The notes under the pieces: generated by a model | The model's input: only the letters and a program-made list of their open reading frames with translations | What the model was told of the DNA's origin: nothing | Database searches by the model: none | From: Paragordius varius | Lineage: Eukaryota; Animalia; Nematomorpha | NCBI GenBank assembly: GCA_964247055.1 | Contig: OZ176059.1 | Location: 2,418,001 to 2,482,000 of the forward strand | Reading direction: 5' to 3' | Length of the DNA stretch: 64,000 nucleotides | Shown here: piece by piece, positions 27,070 to 37,400 of the stretch | How the letters are laid out: each line of letters starts with the position of its first letter | Numbering within the stretch: the first letter of the stretch is position 1 | Program-made: the position numbers and the translations under genes

Positions 27070-27331
27070 GATTATCAAATAATGGTAATGATTATATATA
27101 TTTATACTTGAATTTGAATACGAGGTAAAGGTGATATATTGGAATTAGCTGCATTTACCCTATCCTCCGATATACTATATATTACAACTAAATAAACCTG
27201 ATATTTTTGCTGTCTAAAAACGTGGATTTATAATCTTCAACGTCAATAGTATCGCATATATCGGCCATAGATGTTGATTTAGAAGAGTTTTGAGCAGGTA
27301 GCTCTTTTTTATTTCCACGAAAAAATTTCAT
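7903..27331 (-). CDS. Large (~1,690 aa) low-complexity Asn/Ser/Thr-rich protein with CRACD/KIAA1211-family (DUF4592)-like short motifs; 10 coding exons
   Basis: Phase-consistent GT-AG exon chain: 27331-27222 (or -27198), 27174-27108, 27013-26764, 17424-17210, 16841-16316, 14870-14745, 14596-11477, 10914-10563, 9840-9762, 8115-7903 (TGA). Start MKFFRGNKKE has an in-frame TAG 3 codons upstream. The motif LRNDAAYHKIAVQQRNRRAPRR resembles DUF4592 LDNSAAKHKLSVKPKNQR. Gene structure is strong; family assignment is moderate. Confidence 0.8.
8160..8319. mobile_element. Short MITE with CACTA-like termini, same family as the 49370-49975 array units
   Basis: Left CATTATAGTTGCCAATTGGCACCACAGTAGTGTATGGAAAAAAC; right GTTTTTTCCAATACACTTCTG...CAACTCTAGTG (reverse complement CACTAGAG). 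Confidence 0.5.
19495..19970. mobile_element. hAT (Charlie-like) non-autonomous remnant
   Basis: Left end GGGGTATCCAACACTCAGCCCGTGCGCTGCATGGGGC, right end TGACCCCT. Minus-strand fragment ERFISEMNINYRKILRL resembles the hAT C-terminal ERxFSxMNINKxKxRxRL motif. Confidence 0.4.
20934..22302 (+). mobile_element. Internally deleted hAT DNA transposon (1,369 bp) with BED zinc finger and a broken DDE transposase
   Basis: TIRs TAGGGTTGTG / CACAATCCTA. 8-bp TSD GTTCAAAC (20926-20933) / GTTCCAAC (22303-22310). Subterminal TGACCTAGGTC repeats. From ATG 21153: MKPALWKFFDQKNQVTCKKCNHTIYFNKNRMKKHLKEVH (BED), then LAKFIFT...IVENKHFRSFINSLKPNY and AIVTDNAANMKAA...WHGCQ*H, with stops and frameshifts. Confidence 0.9.
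22650..22830 (+). mobile_element. Decayed 3' fragment of an RTE-clade LINE
   Basis: With one frameshift and one stop it reads LEKSLML-GKVRGRRRIK(W)MNNIQQTLADLNI...IANNRPR, similar to the RTE ORF C-terminus (LEKTLMLGKIEGRRRRGR..W). Confidence 0.5.
23365..23983. mobile_element. Second hAT non-autonomous element (619 bp), same TIR type as 20934-22302
   Basis: TIRs TACGGTTGTC / CACAACCCTA. 8-bp TSD GGCCCAAC (23357-23364) / GGCCTAAC (23984-23991). Subterminal GACCATGG/GGACC motifs. Confidence 0.75.
24200..24320. mobile_element. Small palindromic MITE (TATACTATTTTT...AAAAATGGTATA); related copy at ~58070-58162
   Basis: Inverted arms ATACTATTTTTGAGTCAAAAAAC...CAAAACGCAACA / TGTTGCGTTTG...GACTAAAAAATGGTAT. 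Confidence 0.6.
25031..25102. repeat. (TA)n microsatellite; other long tracts at ~42560-42590, 47206-47270, 53111-53180, 53362-53407, 54228-54282
   Basis: Direct inspection. Confidence 0.95.
26040..26450 (+). mobile_element. Highly decayed Penelope-like element remnant (GIY-YIG region)
   Basis: Fragments KVLFQKYGI and DVFMLKAQWFKKQYHYCLAKKCRYHEHIRNF resemble the Penelope GVYxLKCxxCxxxYIGxTxRxxxxRYxEHxR pattern. Multiple stops. Confidence 0.4.
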
Positions 27332-30248
27332 TGAGCGCTATCGTGGTCATATGGTGACAAATAAGTCATCATTATACATTCATCTAAATTGTTGATTGTC
27401 CAAATAAACATTTTCAATTGTTTGTACACGATAAAACAAACTACTGTAAAGTTAAAATTAAATTATTACCTCTCTAAATTAGGGCAAAAATGATTGGATA
27501 ATTTATCTTCTATAGTCCCAAAGTCGGATAGATGCAAATTCTAGAAACAGACGGCTGATATTAAAATCAATCAATATTAAATATTTACTCGTTTGAATGC
27601 TTCAAAGTTTATAATTTACAATACATTCAATTGCATGTTATTTTGGTAAAAAATAAAGATAGCGCCGAAACTAGATATAGATTTATATTATTTTTATAAT
27701 AAATATTATATGCGCATAACAAGCGAAGATTATATTATTTAATTCGCTAAAGGTTTTGTTTTAAATTTTATGGCTTTGGGGTACTAAACTACCCCAGTGC
27801 CAAAGTTTTTTCGCGAAAAAGTTAATGAGTATAAAAAACATTTATCTAATCTAATATTTAGAATCGCTATATTAATTGCACAGTGTCCACAAAAACGTTT
27901 AATGATGATATACATGTATATATCTAGATAAGTATTGATAGGTAAATGCGTCAGGATTGGCATGGTGTTTTGTTTTGGTCTTTACGCATCTAGGAAAGTT
28001 AATCACCCTTTTGTGGTAAGTGCTCCATATCAAAAAATGACAAATTTGCGCACATTTTTCAAAAAAAAATTTTGTGAAAGCTAAAGGCTTCATCCCAAAA
28101 TATATCAAAAACATTTAATAAACAAGATATAAACATCAATACAATATTTTTAAAAATTTAGTTTTTAGCTTTAAGCTCTGAAAGTCCCAAATTTTTTCGC
28201 TGTTCTAGATGGGCTAGTTCTTTTAATAAACGCAAAAATGCCTGGGTCGAGCTATAAAATTTTAAATTATAAACTAAATTTTAATAAACTTTAAATATTG
28301 TTAAAAATGCATGCTTTTTCAAAAATTTAGTTTTTTGCACAATTTTGTTTACTTTTTGAGGATGATGGAAACGGTATAAAAATGCTTTAAGATATTTTAT
28401 ATATAATTTGATGGGAAATTTTTAGCAGCTCAGAATTTCCAAAATATTATTCATCGTAAAATTTATGTTAAATATAACGTGTTTTTTTCAGAAATTTCCC
28501 AAATTAGAAAGCAAACTACCTTTAAATTAAAGTTTTGAGCAGATAGAAATATTCATCTCAATATACAAAAGGTGTTTTTATTATCGTTTTTATACTGTTT
28601 CAGTCACCCTCAAAATAGTATGAAGCTTAAAAAAATTTTGCTAAAAAAATAATTTTGAAAAATGTATGTATGCTTTTCAAAATATTTGTAGTTGATTTAG
28701 AATGGCTTTCAACGTTCACCAAAAAAATTTATTTAATAAATGTCAAATTTCGCCATTTCCTGATATAGAGAACTTACCACAAGTCTAAATAACTTTTTAT
28801 ATCTTACATTAGGGCTAAAACCAATAGCACCATGATAATAAATTTTCCTATCAGAATATAAATATATCAGGTTATTTTACGCCCCCCTCTTCCTTTTGCA
28901 CGGAGTGTTGTATAGACTTATCAATAAAATTACAAAAATTATTCATGCATTCGACCTTTAATCATACATTTTATGTACAGCCCTTGAATGTTAGGCAGTC
29001 AATTAAAAAATTTTCCCAAATAAATAGTGTAAAACTGATGTTTCTACTTCGACTCAATTGAGGTGTCTAAAGATTCGAGACCTATTTTTAATTCACTAAA
29101 AAATACCGAATAGAATGGTCAATGTAATTTATGCTTTTAATTTAAATTAAATTATATAAAGAAGCCAAAAAATCCAAATAAAATTTAGTTTAGAAAAAAA
29201 GTTCCATAAACCTACTTCGACGCCATTTTTACTTTACAATTGCAAAGTATCATGTTTATTGGATTCTAACGCTAAAATTAAAGCTAATTTTTGTATTTTT
29301 CTCACATCTAACATTGATAAAAATTAAAAAATAGTTTTTTTTCCATGATTTTTATATTTAGCTTATGCACACATGTCATGTTTAACTTTACCTTCAAGGA
29401 TATCCATAAAAGATGTGTTATTAGTTTTCAAGAGAGTCTTTTTTCGGGACATCAATGTTATATAAGTGGATTGTTCCATATTTTTAAACTATTTGATTTT
29501 AAACAGACTTGGGCCAGAGACCCCAAATTGAATCGGAAGACTAAAATGAATGTGTTGTATCCAGTTAAATTATTTGGATTGCAATTAAAGGTGATTCAGA
29601 AACATGGGTAGGGAAAAAGGATATGAATTTTATCGGTAATGAGCAGGTATTAGGTATTTCATAAATTAGATTTTATCATTGAATTAAACACAAAAAATAG
29701 GTCTGATAATTATTATAGTGCACGGCCTTGATCACACCAAAGTTAGAGTGATTCAAGATATGTCGTTAGATCATACATTATAATATACTAGAAAGGGCTT
29801 ATGTCAGGGATTAGTTGATACGTCGCTATTTCATGCAAGAAAAAAATTCAAATGATGAACAATTTAAACAAGTGGTACTCACCAAAAAATTTGAAGGGCT
29901 ATATAAAATATTATTCTCATCTCAAGACATGCACCATAAAATATCTAGCATAGCTCTTTGACACATAGCAAAAGTAAATCAAAAAAATTAATGAATAAAT
30001 CAGGGCCATAAAAAACTTTTTGGGAGGTTTGAATATCACTGATGCAGACAAAGGGTTCGGTGATAAAAAAACTAGCACGACTTGTAAGTCAAGCGTAATA
30101 AGTTAAGCAAATTTACTTAACCAAGCAAGTTTACACTTGAATATTGATAAAAAACACAAAAGTCAAGTCTTTATGAATTTAATATTTTTTTCCCACTCAA
30201 ATCGAATTTTACGGAAATTATTTTGATCTTCAGCCAAAATTTATAAAA

Positions 30249-32595
30249 TCTATATATTTAAATGGAAAGTGGTGGCTTTGTAATCTGTTTCCGGAAAAAT
30301 CGAAAAAATATAATCATAAATGAATGCCCTGAAAATAGCCTCACCCTTTTTTGAATTAGGTCCTCAGTTCGGGCCCACCCCGTGTAAAAAAACGGTTTTT
30401 TTAAAACAGAAGTCCACAATAATCGTGTCTTGAGACAATTTTCCGGAAAACGTGTTAGACCATTCGATTTAAAATATCATTTTTAATTACTTTTTTACTG
30501 TTGCAAACATAGTCGACTCGCTTTTTTAATTTAGGCCTTCTTTTTCGCTCCCTCAATAAAATGCCATTTGTTTCAAAAAAATTAAGTCCACAAAAATAGT
30601 TTTTTAAATCTAAGGTATGAGAACGTAAAAATTCAATAATTACAGGCATTCCCCATTAAAAGGCAAAAACTTTAGTAGTGCTTTTTTTTATATTGGCTGC
30701 CTAAGTACCCGCTAAAAAGTGATCGGTCATACCGAAATAGCGTGCCTTTGGGGCTAAATTTCAGAAATCAGGCCATATGAGTTCAATAGCTGCTTAAAAT
30801 ATTACCCGTACAAAATAATTTGCCGTGCGGTTTTTTGATATTAGCCGTTAATTAGGCCCTTGCCCTGAAAAATACGCCACCATAGAAAGATTCCTTAGTT
30901 TGGAGGAAATTTTTCCAAAAACTAACGAGAGCATATGGAATCAATCATGATTCCCGGTATTCTCCGTGAATAGGCAAAAATTTTAATCAAGCGCTTTTTT
31001 GTATCAGTCTCTGGGTAGAGAGCTACCCGCCCAAAAACTGCGCCTCTATGTCTAAATTGCGTTGTATAGGAGTTAATTTTCAGAAAACTTATCAGGCCTA
31101 AGTTTAATAAGGGCCTGAAATATTACCCGTAAACCAGCGGTTTTTTAAAATTAGCCGTTAATTGGGCCCTTTACGCCCTAAAAATGCGCTATCATTGAAC
31201 TATTATTTAGTTTAAAGCCATTCTTCCAACAACTATTGAGAACATATAGATCAAATGATGATTCCAGGTATTCCCCTATAAAAGAAAAAAATTTTATCGA
31301 ACGTCTTTTATATTGGCTTCTGAGTAGGGGGCTACCCCCTAACAACTGAGCCTTAATATCGATATAGCGTGACTTTGGAGGCAAATTTTAGAAAACTATC
31401 AGGCCATATGAGTTCAATAAGGGAATATTGCCCGTAAAGAGGCAAAAATTTAAGGAGAGCGTTATCAAATTACCCCTTAATTAATCCCTTGCCCTGAAAA
31501 ATGCGCCACCATAGAATGTTTTGGCTTTGAGGCAAATATTTGAAATTCCTACTAGAGCACATTAAATCAATCATGATTCTAGGTATTATCCAAATTAAGG
31601 CAAAAATTTTAATCAAACGTTTTTTTGCTTCGCCCTTGGTTAGGGAACTTCCCGCTTAAAACTGCTCACCATATCGATACAGCCTGCCCTTGGAGCCAAA
31701 TTTCAGAAAACCCATGAGACTAATAGGAACATATGGAATCCATGATAATTCCAGATACTCTCCCTATGAAGGCAATAATTTTGCCCAACGCTTTTTTTAT
31801 ACCTGCCCCTGGACAAGGAGCTACCCGCCAAAAACTGCGCCACTATATAAAAATTGCGTTGTTTTGGAGCTAATTTACAGAAATTTTTCGAAGTCATATA
31901 ATCTCATTAGAAGCTTGAAATTACCCGTAACTAGGTAAAAATTAAGGTCAAGTGTTTTCTGATATCCGTTAAGTTGGGGCTCCTATTCCCAAAAAATATG
32001 CCATCATATAACAATTTTTAGTGTTGAGGTATTTTTTCGAATACCCCATGAGACGATGGTATCAAATATTCCAAATATTTGCCCTATAAAGGCAAATAAT
32101 TTAACTCAGCGTTTTTTCCATATAGGTGTATGGGCAGGGGTTTACCGGCTCTGAGACCCATACAAAAAGGGTGTGGTTTTGGAGCTAATTTTCAAAAAAC
32201 ATAGAAGCCATACGAGTTATTAACACATTTCTGGAGAATTTGTAGGATATCATTCTTTCCTTTAAAAAGGGACCACAAATGATTTATTTATATTTAATCC
32301 CAGCTGTGTGAACACAATTTTTAAATAAAACTTTTAACCGTGATTTCGTTAAACGAAAATCTATAATATATCCAATGATAGTCGAATATTAACTTTTAAG
32401 GGACATTTTAAATATGGTCAATTTCGAGTAAGCAATATTTGAGCCTATGAAAAAACCCGTAAAAGAAAAATTAAAGACATTCTTTTTACTTAATAAGTTT
32501 TTTATTATTTTTTTCCATTACCTCGTTTTATTGCAAATTATTAAGAATAATTATCGGTGAGACTACGTCACAACGAAGCGTGACAGGGCAGTTAG
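30249..32595 (+). mobile_element. Non-autonomous Helitron (~2.35 kb) with internal degenerate tandem repeats
   Basis: 5' end A|TCTATATATTTAAATGG at 30249. 3' hairpin GTCAC-aacgaagc-GTGAC (32567-32584) followed by ...GTTAG|T. Inserted between A and T with no TSD. The 3' end is TTAG rather than canonical CTRR. Confidence 0.65.
30650..32230 (+). repeat. Degenerate tandem array, ~315-bp period, about 5 units
   Basis: Recurring CTACCC(G/C)C at ~30707/31023/31333/31650/31822 and ATCAATCATGATTC-like motifs at ~30940/31255/31567/31740. GC is higher than in the flanks. Confidence 0.75.
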
Positions 32596-34435
32596 TAAGG
32601 CATAAAAAGATAAACAATTAATAATTAAAGTTATTCAAACAGTGGCACGTATCTTGTTTAACATTAAAGATTTTTCTAAATATTGAAATTTTTAAGATAA
32701 AACCATTGGCCCTTAAAACACTCTCTATTTTACCACACTACTCATTTGGTTAGGATTCCATTTGCAAATATTATGGGAAGATGTTTATACAATATAACAT
32801 ACTATTTTTAGATGATTATCAACATTATATTTGAAATAAATTTATGATAAAATCTTTTACATGTTTTGATGGTGAAGTAATCTTTAGCGATCATTTTATG
32901 TGAAACGAGGAAAATTTTAAACAAGATTAATATTTAATTATTAATTTTAAGATATTTTCTATAATCAACTTTTGCGGGTTCACGGAAATGATAAATTTAG
33001 CATATGTTTATATGCATTGTTCTCAATAATAGCAGAGTTTTTCTAAAAAAATATGCTCTTTTGCAACCATCCATGAATAGGTTAATTAGCCAAAAATTAT
33101 CTAGTTTATACATTAACAAAGGCTCTAATTACATAGAAAACCTAAATTTATACATAAATATTTTCCAAAATAATTTTATCCATATTTTAAAATCTGCTAA
33201 GTGTGTCCTACACCACACTTGCATCTTTAAGTTTTACTTGATCATATGATATTTTTAGCACGTCCAAATTAAGTTTTCTTGCTTGTGAAAGTCAAGATAT
33301 TTTTTAATACCCCACCCAAAGACACACTAATGTCTACTTTTTGATATCAAGGATTTAACCTAAAAGCAGAGGTGTTTACACAGGTCCCTACGATACATTT
33401 GTATCCTGCCATCTATAAAAAAATTGGATTTGTTCATGATATTTACAAAAAAAAGCATATAAAATGTTAGAAATTGATAATAATAAATCTATCCATTTGG
33501 ACGTTAATGGGTAAATATGATACATTGCGCTTGCATTTTACAGTCTTGTGTACAAAATTAATGCATATATATACTTCAAACGCGAGCTTGCTGATTTTTT
33601 TTGAGTCTAAAATACGGCTCACGAAGTCCTTTTTATTGGACACCTTTGGTTTAAAGAATTGAAAAAAAATGAGATAAAAGATAAAAAAGAGTTTTTATAT
33701 TACAAAGATGCGGTCTAAAATTAAATAAAATGAAAGCAGGACCCATTAATGGTAAATTACAAACATAAAAATAGTACCACAATTTGGATATCAAAAGTTT
33801 AAGAGAATTGCAAATATTTGTGCTAGTGGGTCCCACCGAATGGTAAAATTTAACAAATTACGAAATTTATAAAAATATGAAAGGCTCTATTCGTTAAAAT
33901 ATTGATTTTAAAAGTTAGAGATGTTATACAGCTTATGTTATTCAACCGGTTACCGATATGATTGATCTAAAGAGTGATATATTGTATTATCTATTTCTTG
34001 TTAAATAAAATTATATAAAAAATAATCAAAGCAGTGTTTTAGTAAATTCTAATTTTTTTCTAAAAAATGGTCAGAAAATATAACATTTAAGAGGATTAAT
34101 TTATTAGTTAAGTTATTTTATTTATTGAATTGACAAAAATGCATATGAAAATGACCTCTTGCCTATTTTCTTTCATTATGGTACTTAAATTTAGCCGAAA
34201 AAAAGTTTAATCCTTATGTACATTTAATTTATATACTTAAATAAAAAAAGAACCTCTCCAAGGCTATTTCCAAAATTTTTTTAAAGTTTATAAATAATTT
34301 TTACAGGTCGCACACACTTATTTGAATGATAAAGCAAATTTATTTATTAAACACCACCTCTATATTTAGTATATAATTTTAAATTTTTTTTAAAAAAATA
34401 ATAAACTATTAATATTTATATAAAACATTTAAATC

Positions 34436-37400
34436 ATGATGATTCATTTTGGTATACAAATCATTACAGTTTATCATTTATTTTGGCTTATATTAAGTCA
34501 GGAGCCTAGATCAGAACCTGAGGGTATTATTTTCTTCAAAAAATATTTTTCATTTATCATTTAATTTAGTTTGCACTAATCCTATACCTCGTACGTGCCA
34601 ACATGGTTTTACAACAAATAATTTGGGATGTCCGACCTGTCAATGCAGTGAGTATATATTTAAAAAATTGAACTTACAATAAGAATTAAAATTATACGGA
34701 CAAAACTTCAAAATAGACAGACAAATACTTTTTCAAAATTGAATTTTTTCGTTATTTCAATCGCACAATATGAAATATAAATGTCTATGGTAATATATTC
34801 AATTAAATAATTTACGTTTGCATATAATAGTTTATGGAAAATAAATTACGGATGAAAAAAACATGGTTGTCTTTTGAAAAAAAAACATTTGTCTTTATGT
34901 TTTTACGTTTTGTCCGAATCAAATTCAATTTTTTTGCTTTATTTTAAATTATATTTTCTTTACCGATTATTTTATAATTTTTAATTTTTTTATCCATGGC
35001 TTAAAAACGGTTAAAAAATTTAATATAATTAAAATGGGTTTTCATTCCATAACTTTTGAGTTCATACAATTTTAGCCACTGCTTTATTAAACTATCGGTT
35101 TTTGTTGGATTTTATGAGGGTCGGAGAGTTAAAAATTAAAATTTCAATAATTGTGGTTTTGGTTACACCCAGATTTTTACCATAAATTTTAAACGGTTTC
35201 AACCATAAATTAGTGAGTATAAAAAATATTGCTAAGGTCAAATAATATTGCAGTGTTTAAACTAGATTAAATGTAATACATTTAAAATTATAATATTGTT
35301 CTTTGGATTCAATAAATTTAAGATATTTAACATTTTGTAAATTAAATATTTAAGGATGCCCGCATATCTCTTGTTCAAACACTTGTGTGGGTGATCATAT
35401 ACCGGATGATTATGGATGTCCAACATGTCAATGCGGTATTTTTTCTAAACTTGTTGATTTTTTTTGATCTACGATGCTTAAAAATATTAAATATGAACAT
35501 AATATGAGGGTCAGTTTTATCGATTACACATTTTAAATAGCATATACTTTATACAATAAAATAAAATTGGAAATTTTAATTGACACCTTAAAAACATTTT
35601 TAATTGCTTAATTTTATGTATATGATATTTATAACCAATATTAGACCCACTTTATTCTTAGTTTTGGCGGCTATTTTTACAAATATTTATACCAATGTCC
35701 AACACGCCTCCCGCGGTTCACATGCGGCAGACTTTGTAAAGGCCAGCGAAATACAAAATTCCATAATTCACAAGAATATACTAACAAAATCATATTTTAT
35801 GAAGAATATTTCGAATAAGCTATCCAATTAGCAAAAACTAGAAAATATGGTTTTGCATTTACAGTCTTATGTTTGAAATATATTAAATTTTTATGAATGG
35901 CCGTATATCTTATAAATGAAGCCCGCGAACCCATTTGTGTTGGAGATCCTTGGTTTAAAAGTATTCAATATACACTCTTTTTTATAATTTTTTTTTATTG
36001 TAAAATATTTTTCTTGGCGACACACATTGGTCAAAGCCTCTTGTCATAATGGGTCATATGGCATTTTGTCATAAAATTGTTAAAACAATGGACAAATGGC
36101 ATGCATGATGTATATTTCATTACAAAAATAGAGCAATACTCTAAAATTGTGCTTATATAGTTTTGAGATATACTGTTTCAGATTAACAGCCTATTTTATT
36201 TAATAGTCATTACACAAGGTTAATTCTATGTAAACAGTGTTCATATCGTAATGGTTAACACCGGATTGGTTATGTTTTGTAATAACAGTTGTTAAAATCC
36301 GTAATATAACGATAAAGGATAATTAAATAGAATTAAATGAAAGTATAAATAGAAATTAAGATTTTTACAAAACTAAAACTTGTATCATTAAGATCATCTT
36401 TCTCTAATATTTAAGCAATTGGGGGTATCTGGACTTCTATTTATATATTTTGATTAATGTTTGGAGAGCCAATTTCTTTTTTTCTAAGGGATCGATGTTT
36501 TAAAAAATAGTGCTGTTTTGAGAACAGTGGTGCACCATAAAATTTTTAAAGGGCCACTAAGATTATTTTCTTAAAAGCCATAATACCGATAATATGTTCA
36601 TAGTCTTTGACACATTTGCAGATATTAATAATCTAATTCAGTATTATATCAAAAAATTTAATAAATAATTTAGGACCATAAAAAAGCGCTTTTAGGACCG
36701 CGGCTAATAAAAATACTTAGACGGATTTTTTTGAAATCAAAACGGTAGCAGAATGATTAAGTAATAGGTATAACGTAAAAAAACTATAGCACATTCATTG
36801 AAGGACAAATTTTAATTGTTGGTATCATATACCGAATTTTACAAATGGAATTACGTATCTGTTTCCCAACAGACAAGCTAAACGAGGATTCATTTTTTCA
36901 ATTAAAAAGACGTTTATGTCTTAAAAAGTATTCCATATTCCTTATATTATGCTAAGACTTTGATTCTTTTTTTGATAATTTACAATTGATTGATCCTCTT
37001 GTCTTGTTGCTTTGAAATAAATAATCATGCATAACCATACACCACTTTAAATCGGTTAAGATTTGATAATAGTCTAAATTTTTAAGGGGTCACATACCGT
37101 CCTTAATTGTTTCTGGAAACTTTAGGTTTTTCAAATATGAGATTAAACTTTGTAAATTTTATCCATAAGATTTTTGTTGTCCTTTTGTCAATTTTGTCAT
37201 TTATTTATCTCAATCCTGGTCATCGCAATTTTATTATAGGAAGATAATTTATTTTATACCATTTCACTAATTCTTCCTTAAACAATTCAAATTGACCCTA
37301 AAATAAATTACATATTTTTTAAGATTAATTTTTATTTTTATAAAATGAAATTTATAAAATTAAAATATTACTGAAAAAATAAAGTAAGCCATTGTGATAT

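Noticed and set aside
30650-32230. CRISPR-like or coding interpretation of the tandem array
   Set aside because: Eukaryotic context, degenerate ~315-bp units without unique spacers, and only short interrupted ORFs.
35645-35830. Cys-containing frame (YQCPTRLPRFTCGRLCKG) inside the antistasin-like gene
   Set aside because: Available acceptors put it in phase 0 or 2, incompatible with the all-phase-1 chain, and there is no antistasin Cys spacing.
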